From assembly GCA_036229005.1 (NCBI GenBank), contig JAZAMN010000003.1:64001-128000 (forward strand): a stretch of 64,000 bases of DNA, written 5' to 3'. Origin of the DNA: Myxococcota bacterium. GTDB lineage: Bacteria; Myxococcota_A; UBA796; CAJQPC01. This document shows, piece after piece, positions 58,630 through 64,000 of this stretch. Each line of letters begins with the position of its first letter. The first letter of the stretch is position 1. The translations under genes were made by a program, and so were the position numbers. The notes under the pieces were generated by a model that was given only the letters and a program-made list of their open reading frames with translations, was not told the DNA's origin and made no database searches.

Positions 58630-59520
58630 TCAGATCAGGGCAACGTCGAGGAGCATCAGGCCAAACAGGCCCATCAGGTACAGGTTCGACGCCATGAAGA
58701 AGCGACGATCCACCGCGTAGTCCTGGGCACGCAGGACGCCGACGCAGCGGTAGAGGAACCACAGCCCGAAGGCCAGGGCGCCCACCCCGTAGATCCAGCC
58801 CAGGTAGCCGATGGCGACCGGCGCGAGGCTGATTGGGAGCAGCGCGATGGTGTAGCCGAGCATGCGCCAGCGGGTGGGCTGGTCGCCGACGACGTTGGGC
58901 ATCATGGGGATGCCGGCGGCGGCGTACTCGTCCTTCCGGAACAGCGCGATGGCCCAGAAGTGCGGGGGCGTCCAGAAGAAGATGATGGCGAAGAGCATCA
59001 GGCTGCCCCACCCGATGCTCCCCGTGAGGGCGGCGTCGGCGATGAGGGGCGTGGTCGCGCCGGCGGCGCCACCGATCACGATGTTCTGCGGGGTGCGGGG
59101 CTTGAGCCAGAGGGTGTAGACCAGGACGTAGAACGCAATGCTGCCCGCGCCGACGGCGGCAGCGACCCAGCCACCGGTGAGCCAGAGCACGAGGGTGGAG
59201 GCCACGGAGAGCAGCAGCCCGTAGAAGACCGCGTGGCCGGGGGCCACCTGGGCGACAGGGATGGGGCGGGCCATGGTCCTGGCCATCCGGGCGTCCGTCT
59301 CCCGCTCGACGTAGGCGTTGAGCACGGAGCAAGCAGCGCCCGCCAGGGCCGTTCCAAAGAGCACCCACATGCTCTTGGAGAGGGTGGGCAGGCCCGTCTG
59401 GTTCATCGCGAAGACGGGGAGCCCGGTGAACAGCACGAGCGCGAGCACGCGCGGACGCGTCATCGCGACGTAGAGGTCCAGGACCTGCCGGGTGTTGCGC
59501 TTTGGTGGGGTGGCGTTCAT
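58630..59520 (-). CDS. ctaB: Protoheme IX farnesyltransferase (heme O synthase)
   Basis: TRPRV, ERETDARMARTMARP, LKPRTPQNIVIGG, FWTPPHFWAIA. Confidence 0.95.
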   Translation of the reverse strand: MNATPPKRNTRQVLDLYVAMTRPRVLALVLFTGLPVFAMNQTGLPTLSKSMWVLFGTALAGAACSVLNAYVERETDARMARTMARPIPVAQVAPGHAVFYGLLLSVASTLVLWLTGGWVAAAVGAGSIAFYVLVYTLWLKPRTPQNIVIGGAAGATTPLIADAALTGSIGWGSLMLFAIIFFWTPPHFWAIALFRKDEYAAAGIPMMPNVVGDQPTRWRMLGYTIALLPISLAPVAIGYLGWIYGVGALAFGLWFLYRCVGVLRAQDYAVDRRFFMASNLYLMGLFGLMLLDVALI

Positions 59521-60446
59521 GCGGAGGTGGCTGCCTCTGGGGCGGCGGTGGGGGAGTGTACACCCGGTCGGCGCGAAAAGATGTCCTGGATCATCAAGCC
59601 TGTGACAAGACACAGGCTGGCCGCCACCGCGGAGTGCCCCGCAGTGACCTCGACGGGGAGCTGCCAGAGGACGTTGGCCACGCCCAGGGCGACCTGGACC
59701 AAGACCAGGCCCAGCAGGATCCGGGCCTTGGTGCCCAGGCTGTCCTGATCCCAGGCCAGCGCGGCGATGATCGTGTAGAGCACGGCCAGCGCATACGCGG
59801 TGCTGCGGTGCATGAGGTGCAGGCCGACCGGGCCTTCCCAGGTGGGGAACCACAGGGTGCCGACGCACTGGGGCCAGGTGACGCAGGCCAGGCCGGCGTG
59901 GCCCGAGGAGACCAGTCCGCCCAGGGCCATCTGGGCGACCAGGAGCACGCCGGCGAGGGGCGCGAGCAGCCGCAGCACACCGCGCTGCAGGGCGGGCCGA
60001 GGGGCTGGGTCGTGGCCGCGCCAGAGCAGCGCGGCGAGGAGGCCCAGGCTCAAGGCGAAGGTGTTCCCGACCAGCAGGTGGGAGGTGACGGTCCACTGCG
60101 CGAGCAGCTCGAGGACGGTCAGGCCTCCGAGGATGATCTGAACCAGAAGGATGATCCAGGTCACGATCAGCCACTTGCCGATGAGCTGGCGCTCCGGCTT
60201 CTCCTTGAGCGCCCAGACGCTGACCCCCAGCAGCAGCAGGCTGATGCTGCCGGCGAGTGCTCGGTGGCCCCACTCGAAGAACACCCCGAAGTCCAGAGCG
60301 GGGACGAGCTGGCCGAAACACAGGGGCCAATCCGGGCATGCAAGCCCGGCGCCCTGGGCGCGCACGATCGCGCCGAAGACCACCAGGAGGTAGGTCAGGA
60401 CGCTGAGGACGATGAAGGCCCGGGCCAGTCGGCGGGTGCGAGGCAA
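59517..60446 (-). CDS. ctaA: Heme A synthase (CtaA/COX15)
   Basis: GAGLACPDWPLC, EWGHR, second ACVTWPQC, HLMHR; TTG start with GGAG RBS. Confidence 0.92.
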   Translation of the reverse strand: MPRTRRLARAFIVLSVLTYLLVVFGAIVRAQGAGLACPDWPLCFGQLVPALDFGVFFEWGHRALAGSISLLLLGVSVWALKEKPERQLIGKWLIVTWIILLVQIILGGLTVLELLAQWTVTSHLLVGNTFALSLGLLAALLWRGHDPAPRPALQRGVLRLLAPLAGVLLVAQMALGGLVSSGHAGLACVTWPQCVGTLWFPTWEGPVGLHLMHRSTAYALAVLYTIIAALAWDQDSLGTKARILLGLVLVQVALGVANVLWQLPVEVTAGHSAVAASLCLVTGLMIQDIFSRRPGVHSPTAAPEAATSA

Positions 60447-60504
60447 GCTCTCTCCGAAGGGGCGCGCATTTATGGCTTCGAGGGGTCCCGGGCAAGCCCT
60501 GTGC

Positions 60505-61146
60505 TCAGGAGTGACCCCAGAGGAGCAGGGACTCGCCGGGTTGCAACTGAACTGTGACCTTACGGCCGACCACTTGCAGGCGGCCCTCCGCAGCCATGCG
60601 CAGGCACATGGGGTAGAGCGCGTGCTCCATGGCCAGGATCCGGGCCTGGAGTGTGTCGCGGTCGTCCCCAGGCAGGACGGGGACCGCGGCCTGCGCGATG
60701 ATGGGGCCGGTGTCGGTCCCAGAATCGACGAAATGCACGGTGGCACCGGCGATCCGGACGCCGTAATCCATGGCCTGTCCCTGCCCATCGACGCCGGGGA
60801 AGGCGGGCAACAGCGCGGGGTGGATGTTCAACACCCGCTGGGGCCAGGCGTCCAGAAAGGTGGGGGAGAGGATGCGCATGAACCCAGCGCACAGGACCCA
60901 GTCCACGGCGGCTTCGCGCAAGGCCTGGCTCAGCCTGTCCTCGTAGGCGGACCGAGAGCCCCAGCCGCGGTGAGGGATATGCATGGCCGGGAGGTTGGCC
61001 ATCCGTGCCCGCTCCAGCCCATAAGCCTCCTCCTTGTTGGAGATGACCAGGGCGATCTCGGCCGGGAAGTCGGGCTCCGCGCAGGCGTCGATGAGGGCCT
61101 GCAGGTTGGTCCCGGACCCGGAGAGCAGGACCCCGATGCGGGTCAC
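60505..61146 (-). CDS. purN: Phosphoribosylglycinamide formyltransferase
   Basis: [37 protein letters not shown]…DTGPII. Confidence 0.96.
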   Translation of the reverse strand: MTRIGVLLSGSGTNLQALIDACAEPDFPAEIALVISNKEEAYGLERARMANLPAMHIPHRGWGSRSAYEDRLSQALREAAVDWVLCAGFMRILSPTFLDAWPQRVLNIHPALLPAFPGVDGQGQAMDYGVRIAGATVHFVDSGTDTGPIIAQAAVPVLPGDDRDTLQARILAMEHALYPMCLRMAAEGRLQVVGRKVTVQLQPGESLLLWGHS

Positions 61147-62117
61147 TTGAGCACCACGCCTTCGCTCTCGGTCACGCGGCCGATGGGCACCGCGCCGGGG
61201 AGCTCGACGCCGGGGGAGGTCACGCCGATGAGGCCCACGCCCATGTTGAAGGTGCGGTAGAGGTCGCGGGTCGAGAGCCCACCCAGCCGCTCCAGCAGGC
61301 CGAAGATGGGGGGGATCTCCCAGCTCCCCAGGCGGATCTCGGCGCCGAGGCCCTGGGGGAGGATGCGGGGGATGTTCTCGTAGAAGCCGCCGCCGGTGAC
61401 GTGGACCCAGCCCTTGACCTGTGCGCGCAGGGCCAGCATCTCGCGGACGTAGATGCGGGTGGGGGCGAGCAGCACGTCGGCCAGCGGGGCGCCCAGGCCG
61501 TGCTCCTGATCCCAGTCCAGGTCGTCGACGAGGCGGCGCACGAGGGAGTAGCCGTTGGAGTGGATGCCGGAGGAGGAGAAGCCCCACAGGATGTCCCCGG
61601 CTTGGATGCTGTCACCGCTGAGGATCTGGGCCTTCTCCACGACCCCCACCGCGAACCCAGCGAGGTCATAGTGGCCCGGACCGTACATGCCCGGCATCTC
61701 GGCGGTCTCGCCACCGATGAGCGCGCAGCCCGCCTGGCGGCAGCCCTCGGCGATGCCCTCCACCACCTGGACGGTGGTCTCGGGGGTGAGCTTGCCGGTG
61801 GCGAAGTAGTCCAGGAAGAAGAGGGGCTCGGCGCCGCAGACGGCGATGTCGTTGACGCACATGGCGACCAGGTCGACGCCGATGGTCTGGTGCTTGCCGA
61901 CGCGCTGAGCGACCAGCAGCTTGGTCCCGACGCCGTCGGTCCCGCTGACGAGCACGGGCTCGCTGTAGTCCCCCTTGAGGGCGAAGAGCCCACCGAAGCC
62001 ACCCAGGCCGGTCAGGACCTCGGGGCGGCGCGTGCTGGCGACGGCGGGGCCGATGCCTCGGACCACCTCCTCTCCAGCGTCGATGTCGACTCCAGCCTGC
62101 TTGTACGCGTCGGACAC
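61143..62117 (-). CDS. purM: Phosphoribosylformylglycinamidine cyclo-ligase
   Basis: [39 protein letters not shown]. Confidence 0.96.
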   Translation of the reverse strand: MSDAYKQAGVDIDAGEEVVRGIGPAVASTRRPEVLTGLGGFGGLFALKGDYSEPVLVSGTDGVGTKLLVAQRVGKHQTIGVDLVAMCVNDIAVCGAEPLFFLDYFATGKLTPETTVQVVEGIAEGCRQAGCALIGGETAEMPGMYGPGHYDLAGFAVGVVEKAQILSGDSIQAGDILWGFSSSGIHSNGYSLVRRLVDDLDWDQEHGLGAPLADVLLAPTRIYVREMLALRAQVKGWVHVTGGGFYENIPRILPQGLGAEIRLGSWEIPPIFGLLERLGGLSTRDLYRTFNMGVGLIGVTSPGVELPGAVPIGRVTESEGVVLK

Positions 62118-62181
62118 GGGGACCTCCAGGGCCCCAGCAGTATCGCTCCCACCTCAGCGCGCCCGAAACGGTCCGGCGACA

Positions 62182-62697
62182 CTACTCGCTGTCGCCGTCG
62201 CTGCCGTCGGACTTGGGGGTCACGCCGGTGGCGGTGAGGACGTTGGAGACCTCGCCCTCGGAGTCCGTGATGCGGATGGCGAAGTCGTAGGGGGTGTTGG
62301 TGGGGATGGCGCCGCCCACCTGCAGGTTCAGGGCGATGGTGGCCGGGCTGTCCGCGGTGTCGAACACGGAGCACTCCGAGTCGCTCATCAGGGTCCAGGT
62401 CTTCTCGGAGTCCGGCGCGCCGCTGGTGTCCACGCTGCCGTCCGCGTCGCCCTCCCACCAGATCTCGAGGGTGATGGCGTCCAGGTTGCCGTCCTCGTCG
62501 GTGGCGTCGGCCTGGAGCTGGATGGTGGGGGCCTCGGTGCCGTCGAAGTCCACCATGCCGCCGTTGGCCAGCTCGAAGCGGGTCAGGACAGGGTCGTGGC
62601 CCTTGCAGACCGCGGTGTCCTCGGAGCGGATGGGCGGGGTCTCGCCGGTGTCTTCGCCGTTGTCCTTGCAGGCCAGGGTCGCGAGCAGCCAGAGCAT
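62182..62697 (-). CDS. Acidic lipoprotein, hypothetical
   Basis: AAGGAG RBS; MLWLLATLAC; Ig-like D/T-rich mature part. Confidence 0.75.
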   Translation of the reverse strand: MLWLLATLACKDNGEDTGETPPIRSEDTAVCKGHDPVLTRFELANGGMVDFDGTEAPTIQLQADATDEDGNLDAITLEIWWEGDADGSVDTSGAPDSEKTWTLMSDSECSVFDTADSPATIALNLQVGGAIPTNTPYDFAIRITDSEGEVSNVLTATGVTPKSDGSDGDSE

Positions 62698-62762
62698 GGG
62701 GGTCTCCTTGTGCGGGCAAGGTAGCACCGCGATGGATAGAGTGGCGCACCGGAGGGCCAGTG

Positions 62763-63539
62763 ATGTCCAGCTCAGGCGCGCCCACCCGCTTCTACCGATA
62801 CCTGCGCGGACAGCTCGGCTCTCTGCGCGAGGTCTACGGCCAAGGCAACCAGATCGTCCGTCGCGGCGACCTGGGGAGCAAGGAGGACACGGTCCTGCTG
62901 CTGCACGGCTTCATGCAGACCCGGGCGGTCTGGCAGGTGATGGAGGACCGGCTGCGCTACGACGGCTTCGGGGTGTTCTCCTTTGACCTGGGCGGGCTGC
63001 TCTATCGCTTCAACACCAAGCCCATCCCCGAGCTGGCGGCGCACATCCACGACAAGCTGGAGCGCATCTGTGACCGCTATGGCCTGGAGAGCTTCCACGT
63101 CGTGGGGCACTCCAAGGGGGGGCTGATCGCTCGGCACTACATCCAGCACCTGGAGGGTCACCGCCGGGTGCGCTCGCTGGTGACGCTGGGCACGCCCCAC
63201 CACGGGACCCCCACGGCGGTGCTGGGCGTGGCGCTGTTCGGGGGCGGCCTGCTCTCCCGCAGCCCCTGGCAGATGCTCCCGGGCTCCGAGACGGTGAAGC
63301 GGCTGGCTGAAGACACCTTCCCCGGGCACGTGCCCTTCACGTCGATCTACTCGCGCTCGGATCTGGTGTGCCCCTACTGGTCCTCGCACCTGAACCCCAG
63401 GGCGGGGGAGACCTCGATGCGGAACGTCGAGCTGTCCGGGGTGGGGCACACGGCGCTCTGCTACGACCCGGGGGTGTACCGGCATGTAAAAAGCGCGCTC
63501 CTGGAGGGGAGCGCGCTCTGGAAGGAGAGGCGGGGCTGA
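62763..63539 (+). CDS. Alpha/beta hydrolase (lipase/esterase)
   Basis: LLHGF, GHSKGG nucleophile elbow, LGTPHHGT, SDLV, VGH. Confidence 0.9.
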   Translation: MSSSGAPTRFYRYLRGQLGSLREVYGQGNQIVRRGDLGSKEDTVLLLHGFMQTRAVWQVMEDRLRYDGFGVFSFDLGGLLYRFNTKPIPELAAHIHDKLERICDRYGLESFHVVGHSKGGLIARHYIQHLEGHRRVRSLVTLGTPHHGTPTAVLGVALFGGGLLSRSPWQMLPGSETVKRLAEDTFPGHVPFTSIYSRSDLVCPYWSSHLNPRAGETSMRNVELSGVGHTALCYDPGVYRHVKSALLEGSALWKERRG

Positions 63540-63574
63540 GGGGCCAATCAGGACTCAGCCAAGCGGCCGAGGAC

Positions 63575-64000
63575 TCAAGGGTCCTTGCAACACCGGAAGG
63601 TCATCGTGGCCTCGGCGTAGCCCTTGTCCTCGTCGACGCCGAAGGCGCAGCGGGTGCCGCGCTCGTAGTTGCCGCGCTGACCGCCCTTGACGACCTTGCG
63701 GGAGTCGTTGGACTCCTTGGCGGTGCCGGTCCACTCGCGGAAGCCACCGCTCATGTCGTACACGCCGTAGCCGCTCAGGCAGTTCTCGCGGTCCCCCACG
63801 CGGTAGGGCTCGTCCATGGCCTCGCCGCAGAAGCTGGGGTCGGGGGTGTCGCCGTAGGAGTAGATGAAGTTCTCGGGGCCCTTGCAGGCCTTCTCCCACT
63901 CATCCGAGGTGCACAGGCGCTTGCCGACCTCCTCGCAGGCGCGGGTGGCGTCCGCCCAGCTCACGTTCCCCACGGGCTGCTCGCCCTTGCGGTTGGGGAA
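63575..64000 (-). CDS. FGE-sulfatase (SUMF1/EgtB-like) domain protein, 5' end outside the window
   Basis: NVSWADA…C…GKRLCTSDEWEKAC, GVYDMSG…EW, TFRCC. Confidence 0.88.
   Translation of the reverse strand, partial: FPNRKGEQPVGNVSWADATRACEEVGKRLCTSDEWEKACKGPENFIYSYGDTPDPSFCGEAMDEPYRVGDRENCLSGYGVYDMSGGFREWTGTAKESNDSRKVVKGGQRGNYERGTRCAFGVDEDKGYAEATMTFRCCKDP

Noticed and set aside
63550..63577. AGGACTCA direct repeat between the lipase and FGE-domain genes; similar GAATCTG pair at about 26313-26334
   Set aside because: Too short, with no associated element; cannot be called a target-site duplication.

Overview
A uniformly very high-GC, gene-dense chromosomal segment. The gene set (ECF sigma/anti-sigma/caspase module, DCDD/FG-GAP lipoproteins, CheA-like kinase, PP2C-cNMP phosphatase, MqnD, A2-type caa3 oxidase) suggests a Myxococcota/deltaproteobacteria-like bacterium; this is inference. 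I saw no rRNA, tRNA, CRISPR array, transposase or phage gene. Recognisable blocks: (1) lipoprotein-ECF sigma-ZAS anti-sigma-secreted caspase, then a large SUKH-like/helical protein that the ORF track missed; (2) LOG-orphan DNA methyltransferase-ferredoxin-adenosine deaminase; (3) SLT-pentaheme cytochrome-PP2C/cNMP-MqnD-CheA-like kinase; (4) topoisomerase IV with the A subunit before B; (5) three GH57 genes plus a degenerate GalT-like gene; (6) PBP1b and DNA-repair-like genes; (7) ctaA-ctaB and a caa3 oxidase operon whose subunit IV carries a duplicated cytochrome c domain; (8) purM-purN. The best candidates for undescribed biology are a caspase-driven anti-sigma proteolysis switch with a shared x-x-K-G motif, ultra-short lipoprotein signal peptides lacking K/R, a shared N-terminal 'IRxRLK' tag on small redox-type proteins, and the subunit IV-cytochrome c fusion. 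All calls come from reading motifs by eye; no searches were run.
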